From an uncultured Ignavibacteriaceae bacterium (GTDB lineage: Bacteria; Bacteroidota; Ignavibacteria; Ch128b), in contig CAZGQO010000001.1 in assembly GCA_964527925.1 (NCBI GenBank), forward strand, positions 324,808-388,807: a DNA stretch of 64,000 nt, read 5' to 3'. Positions 1-10,500 of the stretch are shown piece by piece. The number at the start of each line of letters is the position of its first letter. The stretch's first letter is position 1. The notes beneath the pieces were generated by a model, which was not told the DNA's origin, did not search any database, and was given only the letters and a program-made list of their open reading frames with translations. Both the position numbers and the translations under genes were made by a program.

Positions 1-382
1 ATGCTTGCTTGGCTAATTTATTAAGAACACCTGCTTTTCCCTGTCTGTAATTGAATATAAAAACTCTAAGGTTATTTATTGATTTACTAAGATTCTCTAA
101 AATGGAATTAGTTTTATCCGTTGAACAATCTGAACCAACAAGAATTTCTAGCTTTGAATTGTCATAATTCTGATTTAATAAATTTTCAATTCTATTTTTA
201 ATGACTTTCTCTTCATTGTAAGCCGATATTAAGATTGAAACCGGCGCTTCATAATCATTCTGAATACTTTCGTTATCTTTATAGAATAGTGAGATCAGAA
301 AAATTATAAGTGGATAAAAAACATAAGAATTTACAATTAGAAATACGCATACAAAAAATATTGGTACCAAAAATTCATTCAT
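1..382 (-). CDS. Glycosyltransferase family 2 (partial, N-terminal part; continues beyond window start)
   Basis: Minus-strand ATG at 382 gives MNEFLVPIFFVCVFLIVNSYVFYPL (TM helix) then VSILISAYNEEKVIKNRIENLLNQNYD..LEILVGSDCSTDKT, a typical GT2 N-terminus. Open to position 1. Not in the supplied ORF track because it is truncated. Confidence 0.55.
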   Translation of the reverse strand, partial: MNEFLVPIFFVCVFLIVNSYVFYPLIIFLISLFYKDNESIQNDYEAPVSILISAYNEEKVIKNRIENLLNQNYDNSKLEILVGSDCSTDKTNSILENLSKSINNLRVFIFNYRQGKAGVLNKLAKQA

Positions 383-411
383 GATAAATTTTGATTTATT
401 TATTAATCAGC

Positions 412-1533
412 TTAACTCTTAAAATTTTCTATAATCTCTAAAAAATCTTTTACTGTGCTTTCCTTTGAAAATCTTTTATAATGTTCAAGTGATTTAGAAA
501 CATATTTTTCATATACAGAACTATCCTCAAGCAAAATTTTAATTTTTTCGAGAAAGCAATTTAAATCATTTGGTTCACAAAGCAATCCTGATTCACCAAT
601 AGTTTCTTTAAGTGCATCGCAATTCGAAGCAATGACTGGTTTTCCGCATGCCATTGCCTCAAGTGGCGGAATTCCAAAACCTTCCACAAAAGAAGGGAAT
701 AAAAATGCATGAGCTAAGTTATAAAGTAGTAATAAATCATCGTCGTTAACCTTATTATACATCAAGATCACATCACTAAGTTTTTGAATTTCATTTTTAA
801 ATTCATCTGAACCATATCCAAATCTACCAGCTAAAACTATTTTAAGATTTTCGTCGATTGATTTTAATTTTTCTGCAATATTAATAATCATTTCAACGTT
901 TTTTCGTTTTTCAATTACACCAACATACAATAAATATTTTTCTGGCAGGTTAAGACTGCTTTTTGAATTCATGATTTCGATTTCACTTTCACTTAACATT
1001 CGGAATCTGGGTGAAATTGTATTGTAAACGACTTTTATTTTTGATTCAGGAATTTTGAAGTAATCGATTATTTCTTTTTTAGAAGCATTTGAAATTGTTA
1101 TTACCAAATCAGAACTCTCAATAGAAGCTGGCAAATATCTTTTCAAGAAATTTCGATAAAAGAATGGAAAAAACTGTCGATGAGTCAAAGGCATAATATC
1201 ATGAACAATAGAAATGAATTTACATCCATTAATTTTCTTTGAAGGCACAAGAATGTTAGGACCAATAAAGATTTCTATCCCATATTTTTTTATCAAGCTC
1301 GGAATGATTCGATTGATCCAGAATGGAGTTAAAAGTTTTGAATTCAAAAGAGGTTTATTAGTAGTGATGTATCTATAAAATGAATGATTCAGGTGAAATT
1401 GATTCTTATTCAAAAAGATAAAATATTGGTTTGAAGAATCATGTTTAGGAAGTTCGTTCAAGATATTAAGAAGATATCTTCCAATGCCTGTCATTGGTTT
1501 TTCTAAGACTCTTCCATCAATTCCAATCTTCAT
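412..1533 (-). CDS. Glycosyltransferase family 4 (GT-B fold, GT1 domain)
   Basis: 373 aa. C-terminal EGFGIPPLEAMACGKPVIAS motif typical of GT4 retaining glycosyltransferases. Stop overlaps the next gene start, indicating an operon. Confidence 0.8.
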   Translation of the reverse strand: MKIGIDGRVLEKPMTGIGRYLLNILNELPKHDSSNQYFIFLNKNQFHLNHSFYRYITTNKPLLNSKLLTPFWINRIIPSLIKKYGIEIFIGPNILVPSKKINGCKFISIVHDIMPLTHRQFFPFFYRNFLKRYLPASIESSDLVITISNASKKEIIDYFKIPESKIKVVYNTISPRFRMLSESEIEIMNSKSSLNLPEKYLLYVGVIEKRKNVEMIINIAEKLKSIDENLKIVLAGRFGYGSDEFKNEIQKLSDVILMYNKVNDDDLLLLYNLAHAFLFPSFVEGFGIPPLEAMACGKPVIASNCDALKETIGESGLLCEPNDLNCFLEKIKILLEDSSVYEKYVSKSLEHYKRFSKESTVKDFLEIIENFKS

Positions 1534-2798
1534 AATGCAAATTGTAATTCTCGTTTTTGATTAAAAGTGACAATCATCTTTGTTGTAATATAAATCACAG
1601 AAAAGTCAAAAATATAATAAAGCCATGTGATCAACGGAATGAAAAATGAGAAAATAATTATGATCAAAAGCATTCCATAAGTTGAAATCGTATGTAAGTT
1701 TGGATTAAATCTCATTCTGTAATATAGAATTGAAGTAACAAATCCAATCAAAAACGGAAATAGAAAGCTTCCTATCAAACCAAAATCCCTGTAAAAAACA
1801 AAAAATGTTGTGTAAGTATTATAAAATGGTGATAAGAGATGCGGGAAATCTGAGATAAACAAATATTCTTTAAGTGTGTGTTTTAATCCTGACAGAGCTG
1901 TTATAAAATCAAAAGTATATAAACCATAAGTGTGATATTGTAATCTTTCAACAGCATAAGCGAAGTTTTCCACACTCATAACAAGGTACATATACGGTTC
2001 GGTTATTGCAGCATATTTCATACTGATTTTCATGTTTGAAAGATAATATAAATAATAAATGAAGAGCTCACTTTCACGAATAGTTGAAAGACCGAAAATT
2101 ATCAAGACCAATGGTATAAAAAAGATAAGAAAGTTCTTAAAGGAAAACTTAGTGGTCGCATAGTAGATATAAACAATACTTAGAATTATTGCAATCACCA
2201 GACTGAATCTTTGATAGAGTAAGAAGAAACTGAAGAAAGTTATCAGTGCAATTAATAAAAATCTTAATTTAACCATCATATTTTTAAATCTTAACCAATA
2301 AACAACAATTAAGTAAATTATCAGCGGTGTTAAATGAATAAAAAGACCAAAACCAAACATTCCCCAACCAACTCGAGTAATGTTAGGTCTTGCTGTGAAG
2401 GCTGGAATGTATCCCACGATAGACCAGATTACCAGATAAGAAATAATGTAAGCAAGAAATAATATTACGATAGAAGTTCTGAGCCTCCTCTCTCTGAGAA
2501 CCTCGTTCTCTATTTGAATAATGCGACCAGAATTGATTGTGTATGTTTTTTTTAGAAAATTCAGAGTGTAAACTACAAAACATCCAAGAAGGAAAGATAT
2601 TAGAGACAGAATAATTACAAACCAGCTATATGAATTCCATTCAAATTGATAATAACTCAATTTCAATTGAGATAAAAACAATATTAAAGACCAAAGTAGA
2701 ATAAAAACTTTTGAAGGTGAAAATAAGTCGCTGTTTTTTACGAATAAAGTTAATATCGTGATTACAAATACTGAAGCTAACATTATCTGTATTTCCAT
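1530..2798 (-). CDS. Polytopic membrane protein, Wzy-like oligosaccharide repeat-unit polymerase / O-antigen ligase family
   Basis: 422 aa with about 10 or more hydrophobic helices. Lies between the GT and Wzx genes in a Wzx/Wzy-type locus. No motif-level proof. Confidence 0.45.
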   Translation of the reverse strand: MEIQIMLASVFVITILTLFVKNSDLFSPSKVFILLWSLILFLSQLKLSYYQFEWNSYSWFVIILSLISFLLGCFVVYTLNFLKKTYTINSGRIIQIENEVLRERRLRTSIVILFLAYIISYLVIWSIVGYIPAFTARPNITRVGWGMFGFGLFIHLTPLIIYLIVVYWLRFKNMMVKLRFLLIALITFFSFFLLYQRFSLVIAIILSIVYIYYATTKFSFKNFLIFFIPLVLIIFGLSTIRESELFIYYLYYLSNMKISMKYAAITEPYMYLVMSVENFAYAVERLQYHTYGLYTFDFITALSGLKHTLKEYLFISDFPHLLSPFYNTYTTFFVFYRDFGLIGSFLFPFLIGFVTSILYYRMRFNPNLHTISTYGMLLIIIIFSFFIPLITWLYYIFDFSVIYITTKMIVTFNQKRELQFAL

Positions 2799-2799
2799 G

Positions 2800-4242
2800 C
2801 TAACTATTGAATGTAATTTTTTTCAACAAAGACACAATCAAATTTTTCTCATTCTCTTTTAAGAACAGGAAATAAGTGACAGTACAATATAAACTCAGAA
2901 AAACCAGAATTTCAATTATAAAGTGAAAGTTGAAAAGCAAATAAATCGAATAAACAATAATTAATGAGCTTAAGAAAAGGAATAGATTATTCAAATTTAA
3001 TAACCAATATCTGAACTCTTTGATCATATATGAAAAGTAAACAACTCCAACCAGCAAATTTACAATCAAAGAAACAGCAGCAGCTCCTTTTGTTAGAAAG
3101 CGGGGAATAAAATAACTATTCAATAAAACATTTAGAAGACTTGCACCAATGACTGTGTACATTCTAACAATCTGTCTATTTGAAGTAGTCAACATTAAAG
3201 CAAATGGTTCGAGTAAAAATCTGATAAACAAAGTAATTGCAAAAATTCGCAAAACAGGGATTGCATCAAAATAATTTTTTGCACCATAAATAAGATTAAT
3301 AATTGAATCAGAATAAAAGAACAGAATCAATGATATAGGAATAATAACCATGAATAAAACTCTTCCCATCAAACTTCCTAACATTATCCACTCATCCTTC
3401 GATTCCTTGTGGAGTTTTGAAAGTGTTGGCATCATTGAATTAATCAAAATATCCGGAATAACTAGGGGCAACAGAATCAATTTCATAACAGATTGATATA
3501 TTCCAACTGAATATTCTCCACTTAGCTTAGCCAGCAATAAAGTATCGATTTGAAAAAACAAATAGCTAAAGATGAGATGTAGTCCAAAAATCAAAACTTT
3601 TGATTTTAATAAACCAAATTCTTTAAAGTCAACTTTAATTTTGAGTTTACCAGTTAATTTTATCAGGTAGTAAATATCAAAACCTAATCCAAGAAATCTT
3701 GAAAACATAAATGCAATTCCGAGCACCAAAATATCAACATTCAAGAAAAGAAGAATGATAATTGTCACAATCATAATTCCATTTGAAATGAGAGAAACTC
3801 GAGTTTCGAAAATGAATTTTTCAAATCCTCTAAAAACTCCATAGAAGAAATTACTTAACGATGTGAAGACAAGATAAAGAGCAAATACAACGATTAAATT
3901 AAAGTATCTTTGACCCAAAGGGAAAAGTTGTGAAAGTAAAAGCATCAAAACAAAAGCCAGGAAAACAAAAATCAACTTTACACTTAACAGCTTTTGAATT
4001 ATTTCATTTTTATTTGTCCGTGTAGTTGATATTTCTGTAATGAGAAGAACATCCAGTCCAAAATCTGCCAGAATAATTAAAGTAGTTGCAAGCGTGTGAG
4101 CAAATGTAAAAATTCCAAACTGCTCAGGTCCATAAAACCTCGCCATCAACCAGAAGACAAACACATTCGCAAACAATCTTGATGAGATTGTTATAGTTGA
4201 ATAGAATGTATTTTTCTTCACAACAGATAAGTAAGGACTCAT
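2800..4242 (-). CDS. wzx: Polysaccharide flippase (Wzx, MOP superfamily)
   Basis: 480 aa with about 12-14 TM segments and MOP-like topology. Flanked by GT and polymerase genes. Confidence 0.6.
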   Translation of the reverse strand: MSPYLSVVKKNTFYSTITISSRLFANVFVFWLMARFYGPEQFGIFTFAHTLATTLIILADFGLDVLLITEISTTRTNKNEIIQKLLSVKLIFVFLAFVLMLLLSQLFPLGQRYFNLIVVFALYLVFTSLSNFFYGVFRGFEKFIFETRVSLISNGIMIVTIIILLFLNVDILVLGIAFMFSRFLGLGFDIYYLIKLTGKLKIKVDFKEFGLLKSKVLIFGLHLIFSYLFFQIDTLLLAKLSGEYSVGIYQSVMKLILLPLVIPDILINSMMPTLSKLHKESKDEWIMLGSLMGRVLFMVIIPISLILFFYSDSIINLIYGAKNYFDAIPVLRIFAITLFIRFLLEPFALMLTTSNRQIVRMYTVIGASLLNVLLNSYFIPRFLTKGAAAVSLIVNLLVGVVYFSYMIKEFRYWLLNLNNLFLFLSSLIIVYSIYLLFNFHFIIEILVFLSLYCTVTYFLFLKENEKNLIVSLLKKITFNS

Positions 4243-5420
4243 TTTTTAGATAAAAGATTTTCGTAAAGATTTACTAATTGATTAAAATAATTCTCAGAAT
4301 CAAAATTGGTCTTAGCAAAATTGTAACAGTTTCGAGAATATTCTTCATAATCTGAATCAGCTAAGTTTGATGTCATTTCGATTACACTTTTTAAACTCTC
4401 AACATTCTTTGCTTCAAACTCAAAACCATTTTTTCCATTATCAAGGAGTTCTTTCAAACCGCCTAAGCCTGATGTGATAACCGGTTTACTAAAGGACATT
4501 GACTCAACTGCACTCATAGGAAAATTTTCATAACATTCTGAAGGAATAATAACGAAATAAGATTTTTTAATTAGCTCTTCTAATTCTTCACCTTCCTTGA
4601 AACCGAAATAATGAATATTTCCATTTGCATTAAATTCATTTATCAAACTTGAAAATGGTCCAGTTCCAAGAATTACTAATTTTTTATCAGGCAATTCTTT
4701 GAATGCTTGAAGTAAAGTTAAAATCCCTTTTTCTCTATCGAGTCTTCCAAAATAAAGATAATAATCACCTTTTATAATTTCTGAATCAAAAGTATGGTTA
4801 AAGTTATACAAAACAAAAGATTTATTTTGAATTTTAGGTTTGAATGTCAAAAATTTCTGTTTCGTGAAGTTGCTGACAAAAATGTATGCGTCAAAATATT
4901 CTGTGTGAGGTAATAAGAAATCTCTCAAGTAACTTTCAGTGACAACCATCGCACTCTTCATCAATCCATCGGGATGACAATTTTTAACTAATCCATAAAA
5001 ATAGTTTGAACCCCCGCATTTCTCACAAATATCTTTATTACTATCAATCATCACACTGACCGGACAAAGTAATCTAAAATCGTGTATTGTAGCAGCAATT
5101 GGAATTTTGAATTTTTTTATTTCTGGAAGAATAGAAAAAGTTATCCCACCTACAATATTATGGATGTGAATTATATCTGGTTTATCAGTTTCTAGGATTT
5201 GTTTGATAACTTGTTTTGCTGAATAAGAATAGAATCGATTAAAAAAAAATTGCCTGTCTTGAATTACATAATCAGAGAAACTAATAGAATTAATGGAATG
5301 AAATCTCGATAAAGTTTTAACAGTGAAGCCTTTAGATTTTAAAAGTTGATATAAATTAAAAAAAACTTTTTCGGCACCTCCACGATTAAAACCATAATTA
5401 TTTACAAGTAAAACTTTCAT
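4239..5420 (-). CDS. Glycosyltransferase family 4
   Basis: 393 aa. C-terminal motif ESMSFSKPVITSGLGGLKELL with the E-x7-E GT4 signature region. Confidence 0.8.
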   Translation of the reverse strand: MKVLLVNNYGFNRGGAEKVFFNLYQLLKSKGFTVKTLSRFHSINSISFSDYVIQDRQFFFNRFYSYSAKQVIKQILETDKPDIIHIHNIVGGITFSILPEIKKFKIPIAATIHDFRLLCPVSVMIDSNKDICEKCGGSNYFYGLVKNCHPDGLMKSAMVVTESYLRDFLLPHTEYFDAYIFVSNFTKQKFLTFKPKIQNKSFVLYNFNHTFDSEIIKGDYYLYFGRLDREKGILTLLQAFKELPDKKLVILGTGPFSSLINEFNANGNIHYFGFKEGEELEELIKKSYFVIIPSECYENFPMSAVESMSFSKPVITSGLGGLKELLDNGKNGFEFEAKNVESLKSVIEMTSNLADSDYEEYSRNCYNFAKTNFDSENYFNQLVNLYENLLSKK

Positions 5421-5428
5421 TAAAGAAA

Positions 5429-6649
5429 TTACACATTCCTTTTCAACTTAATCCAGCTAAAAATGTAATTATATTTTTCCGGTTCTGATTGTTTTAGTTT
5501 TTCAAATAATTCTTTTGTAAAGACAATAAAAAGTCCAAGAACAAGTGATGAAACAAAACCAATCAAAAAGAAAATTCTAATTCTTGGTTTAGCTTTTTTC
5601 TCTGGCGGACCAGCTTTATCAAGAACAAGTACACTTGGAGTATTTCTTATTTCTTCAACTTTAGCCTGCTCATATAATGGTTGGATAAATTCAAGAATCT
5701 TATACTGGATCTCAAGGTTACGATAAATTTTCAAATATTCATTTGCCAGCTTAGGTGCCGATTTAAAGGGAATAAGTAATTTTACATCTTTTTGTGATAT
5801 GTCAGTTCCGCTATTTAATTGATCAATTTTCTTTCTGAGTTCGTCGAGATTTGTTTTTGCATATTTAGTAAGTGGATGGTCATCACCATAATTTTGTTTG
5901 ACTACATTAAACTCAATTTCTTTTTTATACATATCGAGATAAATATCAGCCATTGATTTCACAGTTGCTTCTATTTGCTCAGGAATAGCCATCACACCAT
6001 ACTTCTGTTGAAACTCTTTCATTTGAGTTTCAAGTGAGTTAATATCAGCAAGATTTTGAAGATATCTTTTTTCAATGAATTCACGATTAGCTTTTGCGTT
6101 GGTTATGCTTAATTGAGTATTAACTTCATTTAATCTTTCGACAAGATAATTAGCCATGGTTGCTGCTTTTTTAGGATCTTTCGAATAGACTGTGATTGTC
6201 AAATTTCCTTCTTCTTGTATTTCAAGTTCTAAATTTTTCTGCCATTTTTTAACTACATCTTCATAATAATCATCTTCCATGTCGTATTCTTTTCTCAAAT
6301 CAAATTTTTTAATTACATCATCAGTGATTGTCGCACTTTTTAAGATTGCGATATACTTATCGAGTTCAGTTGGTCCACCTGTCAATGCTGAAAGACCTCT
6401 TGCAGCTCTTGATGCACCAAAACTACGAGTGAGATTTGATAAACCAGTTAATGTTGAGAATAAATCACTTTTTTCTGCGGGCAGAACTGAAACTGTCGCT
6501 TTATACCATTTTGGCAGAAGCAGCGCTGTGATAGTTGCACCCGCAGTTATTATCAAAACGAATAGAAATAAAAACACTCGATATTTAACAACAATAACTA
6601 AGAAATCTACAAATGTTTTTCCGATCGTCATTTCTTTTTGTTCAGTCAT
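5429..6649 (-). CDS. wzz: Polysaccharide chain-length determinant (Wzz/GumC family)
   Basis: 406 aa. N-terminal TM (FLFLFVLIITAGATITALLL), a long coiled periplasmic region, C-terminal TM (IFFLIGFVSSLVLGLFIVF). This is PCP topology. Confidence 0.6.
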   Translation of the reverse strand: MTEQKEMTIGKTFVDFLVIVVKYRVFLFLFVLIITAGATITALLLPKWYKATVSVLPAEKSDLFSTLTGLSNLTRSFGASRAARGLSALTGGPTELDKYIAILKSATITDDVIKKFDLRKEYDMEDDYYEDVVKKWQKNLELEIQEEGNLTITVYSKDPKKAATMANYLVERLNEVNTQLSITNAKANREFIEKRYLQNLADINSLETQMKEFQQKYGVMAIPEQIEATVKSMADIYLDMYKKEIEFNVVKQNYGDDHPLTKYAKTNLDELRKKIDQLNSGTDISQKDVKLLIPFKSAPKLANEYLKIYRNLEIQYKILEFIQPLYEQAKVEEIRNTPSVLVLDKAGPPEKKAKPRIRIFFLIGFVSSLVLGLFIVFTKELFEKLKQSEPEKYNYIFSWIKLKRNV

Positions 6650-6662
6650 CTTAGCCTCTCGA

Positions 6663-8051
6663 TTATTTTTTCAACAATAAAATTAATGTTGTCATTATTC
6701 CTGTAACAATACTTCCAATAAATCCAACTCTTTGAACATAATAATCAAAATCACGAATTGGTTTTTTGGGTACCCAAATAAAATCACCTGGTTCTATTTT
6801 AGCATTCGGTTCTTCATCGATTCTAATCCAAGTACGTGACCGACCTTTGATTAAATAAATTTCCTCTTTTGCTGTTTCTCCAAGCCCACCCGCCTGTTCA
6901 ATATAGTAGTTGTAATCTTTCTCTGGAACAAATCTGACATATCCAAAATTTTTAACCTGACCAAAAACATACACAAGATCAATTTTAGGTGGAACGAAAA
7001 TGTAATCACCATCTTTAACAATCAAAGTATCAATATCAACCACTTCAGATTTAAGTTTTGTAAAATCATAAGCGGCTACTCCACGCGAAAATCTAAGTTT
7101 GTTATCTATGATAAAATTAAGTGAGTCTTCTCCTTTTATATTTGCCATTCTTCTCATCATCAGGTCTTCGAACTCTTCTGAAAAGAATATAGAACGAAAA
7201 GCATTTACACCACGAATTAATTCTGTTCTTGTTAAATCAGCAGTCTCTCTGACACCTCCAACCTGTTTAAAAGCTTCTTTAATTGGTAAACCTTTTTTTG
7301 GTAAAATGATTGTGCCTGGTTGAAATACTTCACCGGCAATGTAAGCTGTATAATCATTTCTTTGTGGAGCAATTCCTAAAATTCTTACTCTATCGCCTCT
7401 TTTTAATGGATAATTAAAATCAAGTGGTAATCTTAAAATAGTGTCTAAAGCACCGTCATAAGTTAATCTATAAATTTCCATTTCTTTTATGTTTTCGTAT
7501 GCAGGATCAAGTCCTTGTGTTAAAATGATTGCATCACCAACTTTGTCACCTTCCATGTATTGAAATCTATTCGGATTTTTTACAGCGCCTTCAATTCTGA
7601 TAAAATCTTTTTTTTCGTCATACTTTGGGAAAATAATTACATCATCATTTTGTAAATAAGGATTGTGATTAAAATCTCCCGTTAAACGAAATTTCTCTAA
7701 ATCTAATTTTTTGATTTCACCATTGGCTCGTTTCAAAGTGATATCTCTTCGTGGATATTTTTCTATTTCACGAAGCACAGCGGCTAATTTTTCCTCATAT
7801 TCTGGATCCTGAGGATTTACCATTCCAACCATCTGAGCTTTACCAATAGCAAACATTCTGGATACAAATTGATCAACTCTCTCATTTGGAGAAGCTGAGA
7901 ATGTTCCATTGACAATAAAATTTCCACCGATAGTTACGGAGATCGGGATAGTTGTGGGTGATGTAAGAACTTTATCTTTCAAATCAGTCTGGGGTAAAAC
8001 TAAGTTTGTTAGAAATAAAAATAGGATTAGAAAGATGGTTTTAAATTTCAT
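6663..8051 (-). CDS. Polysaccharide export protein (Wza/GumB-like, SLBB domains)
   Basis: 462 aa with a signal peptide and repeated beta-grasp SLBB-like segments. Sits next to the Wzz gene. Confidence 0.55.
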   Translation of the reverse strand: MKFKTIFLILFLFLTNLVLPQTDLKDKVLTSPTTIPISVTIGGNFIVNGTFSASPNERVDQFVSRMFAIGKAQMVGMVNPQDPEYEEKLAAVLREIEKYPRRDITLKRANGEIKKLDLEKFRLTGDFNHNPYLQNDDVIIFPKYDEKKDFIRIEGAVKNPNRFQYMEGDKVGDAIILTQGLDPAYENIKEMEIYRLTYDGALDTILRLPLDFNYPLKRGDRVRILGIAPQRNDYTAYIAGEVFQPGTIILPKKGLPIKEAFKQVGGVRETADLTRTELIRGVNAFRSIFFSEEFEDLMMRRMANIKGEDSLNFIIDNKLRFSRGVAAYDFTKLKSEVVDIDTLIVKDGDYIFVPPKIDLVYVFGQVKNFGYVRFVPEKDYNYYIEQAGGLGETAKEEIYLIKGRSRTWIRIDEEPNAKIEPGDFIWVPKKPIRDFDYYVQRVGFIGSIVTGIMTTLILLLKK

Positions 8052-8068
8052 AAGTCTCTCGCTCTCCT

Positions 8069-9160
8069 TTAATTTAACAACTCGACAAGTTTTGCAGTAA
8101 TTCTTAAAGCAGCTTTACCATCCCATAACGGTGGGATTTGAGTATTTCGTTTGGGATTTTCAATTTCAGCAAAACATTCAGTTGCAATTTTGTTATATGC
8201 AGTTCCAATCAAACGATTTGTTCCCAGTTCAATTGTTATTGGTCTTTCAGTATTTTCTCTTATAGTACGACAAGGAATTTTCAAATAAGTTGTTTCTTCT
8301 TGAATTCCACCAGAATCAGTCAATACTAATAGAGAATTCATCACAAGGTTTACAAAATTAATATAACCAATAGGATCAACCAAAATTATATTCTCATGAT
8401 TGATTTTTTTGTTTGTGCCTTTCAGTACCTTTCGTGTGCGTGGATGAATTGGAAAAACTATTTTATACTTTTTAGCAATCAACTCAAACTGTTCAAATAT
8501 TTTTATAAGGTTTTCTGGATTATCAACATTACTTGGTCGATGCAGAGTGACTACAATATATTCTTTTGGTTTCAGTCCAAGTTCATCAAGTATATTTGAT
8601 TTTTCAATTTTTGGCAGATAATTAACAAGCGAATCAATCATCGTATTTCCAACGAAGAAAATTTTTTTATCATCAATTCCTTCATTTTTCAAATTTTCAA
8701 TACCACTTTTTTCAGTGACGAACAAATAATCAGCAATTTGATCAGTGAGTAATCGATTAATTTCTTCAGGCATCGTTCTGTCGAAACTTCGAAGTCCTGC
8801 TTCTACATGGGCAACCTTAATTCCGAGTTTGACTGCTACAAGACTGCATGCAATTGTTGAGTTTACATCACCAACTACAATTATTAAATCTGGTTTTTCA
8901 TTCATCAAAACTTCTTCAAATTTGATCATGATGTTTGCAGTTTGTACAGCATGCGAACCAGACCCAACACCAAGATAAAAATCAGGTTTTGGCAGTTCTA
9001 ATTCTTCAAAAAAGATTTTGGACATGTTTTCATCATAGTGTTGCCCTGTATGACAGATCAAATGCACGATTTTATCATTATAATTTTGAAAAGCTTTATG
9101 AATTGGGGCAACTTTCATATAATTTGGACGTGCACCAACAACTGAAATAACTTTCTTCAA
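8069..9160 (-). CDS. wecB: UDP-N-acetylglucosamine 2-epimerase (non-hydrolysing)
   Basis: 363 aa. MKVAPI..CHTGQHYD..MS and HVEAGLRS motifs characteristic of WecB/MnaA. Confidence 0.85.
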   Translation of the reverse strand: MKKVISVVGARPNYMKVAPIHKAFQNYNDKIVHLICHTGQHYDENMSKIFFEELELPKPDFYLGVGSGSHAVQTANIMIKFEEVLMNEKPDLIIVVGDVNSTIACSLVAVKLGIKVAHVEAGLRSFDRTMPEEINRLLTDQIADYLFVTEKSGIENLKNEGIDDKKIFFVGNTMIDSLVNYLPKIEKSNILDELGLKPKEYIVVTLHRPSNVDNPENLIKIFEQFELIAKKYKIVFPIHPRTRKVLKGTNKKINHENIILVDPIGYINFVNLVMNSLLVLTDSGGIQEETTYLKIPCRTIRENTERPITIELGTNRLIGTAYNKIATECFAEIENPKRNTQIPPLWDGKAALRITAKLVELLN

Positions 9161-10500
9161 ACCGAGTACCCCTTTCTTGATCCTGACCCAAGCAGGACAA
9201 TTTTATCACGATTATTTTTTACATTTTTTGTGGCGTTTCTTGTATCGATAACTTTTCTCGAGTTTTTTACGATAAAATTGTAATCATAACAGGAATGATC
9301 TGTAGTTATAATTACTAAATCAGCATCATTCAAGTTTTTCTTTGTCAATTCTATTGATTTTAAAGTAATTCCATTTACTTCAATTTCTGGTACATAAGGA
9401 TCATTGTATTGGAGTTTTAATCCGTCAAAATCTTTGAGCAGTAATTCCATTACTCTAATTGCTGGAGAATGTCTTGTATCATCAACATTTTTCTTAAATG
9501 CTGCACCAAGGAAAAGTAACTTTGAATCGTATATTGATTTATTCGTCTGACTAATCTCTCTCAAAATCATGTGTTTAACATAAAAAGGCATATTTTCATT
9601 TGTTTCCGCGGCGATACGAATAAAGTGAGTTACAAAATCATATGCTCGAGCCTGCCATTCTAAATAATAAGGATCGATTAAAATACAATGACCGCCAATT
9701 CCTGGTCCAGGATAAAAAGGCATAAAACCGAACGGTTTAGTTGATGCTGCTTCAATGACTTCCCAAACATTAATTCCGCCCATTCTATCGCAAAGCAGAG
9801 CCATTTCATTAACCAGAGCTATATTCACGCTTCTAAAAATATTTTCGAGAAGCTTTTCCATTTCAGCAACTTTTGGATTGGAAACTTTCACAACCTTAGA
9901 GATTATTTGCTGATTTGACAGTGCTGCAAGTTCTGTGCATTTTTTGGTTACACCACCTACAACTATTGGAGTGTTTTTTGTTGTCCAGACTTTATTACCT
10001 GGATCAATTCTCTCAGGAGAAAATGCGAGAAAAAAATCTTTACCGACTTTCAGTCCTGTTTTTTCAAGAATGGGTTGAACAATTCCTTCAGTTGTGTTTG
10101 GAAATGTTGTGCTTTTCAGAATAACCAATTGACCTTTTCTCAATCCTCTGGCAATTTCTTCAGCAGCATTAACAATGTAAGAAACATCAGGATCTTTATT
10201 TTCTGTGAATGGTGTAGGAACACAAATGTAAATTATATCAATTTCAGGAATCGAATCGTAATTATTCTTTGCAACTAATAATCCTTTCTTTACTGCTTTT
10301 GATAAATCTTTATCATCTACATCTTGAATATAATTTTCACCTTGATTGATTTTTGCGACTTTCCATTCAGAAAGATCAATACCGATTGTTTTAAATCCTT
10401 TTAAAGCAAATTCAACAGCGAGCGGGAGCCCCACATAACCGAGTCCCACAACGCCAATAACAGCTTTTTTATTTTTTAGTTTTTGTTCGAGATTATTCAT
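9157..10500 (-). CDS. Nucleotide-sugar dehydrogenase (UDP-ManNAc/UDP-GlcNAc 6-dehydrogenase family, WecC/WbpA-like)
   Basis: 447 aa. N-terminal Rossmann motif VIGVVGLGYVGLPLAVEFA and catalytic Cys region GPGIGGHCIL. Translationally coupled to wecB. Confidence 0.8.
   Translation of the reverse strand: MNNLEQKLKNKKAVIGVVGLGYVGLPLAVEFALKGFKTIGIDLSEWKVAKINQGENYIQDVDDKDLSKAVKKGLLVAKNNYDSIPEIDIIYICVPTPFTENKDPDVSYIVNAAEEIARGLRKGQLVILKSTTFPNTTEGIVQPILEKTGLKVGKDFFLAFSPERIDPGNKVWTTKNTPIVVGGVTKKCTELAALSNQQIISKVVKVSNPKVAEMEKLLENIFRSVNIALVNEMALLCDRMGGINVWEVIEAASTKPFGFMPFYPGPGIGGHCILIDPYYLEWQARAYDFVTHFIRIAAETNENMPFYVKHMILREISQTNKSIYDSKLLFLGAAFKKNVDDTRHSPAIRVMELLLKDFDGLKLQYNDPYVPEIEVNGITLKSIELTKKNLNDADLVIITTDHSCYDYNFIVKNSRKVIDTRNATKNVKNNRDKIVLLGSGSRKGYSV

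Noticed and set aside
2383-2583. 66-aa ORF inside the Wzy-like polymerase gene
   Set aside because: Nested alternative-frame ORF within a 422-aa polytopic membrane protein gene.
6279-6680. 133-aa plus-strand ORF inside the wzz gene. Similar plus-strand ORFs lie within the dcw genes (9915-10124, 13562-13813, 16432-16641, 24598-24789, 27458-27679 and others).
   Set aside because: Antisense shadow ORFs lying wholly within longer, motif-supported minus-strand genes. Low-complexity Ser/Leu-rich translations typical of the AT-rich reverse strand.
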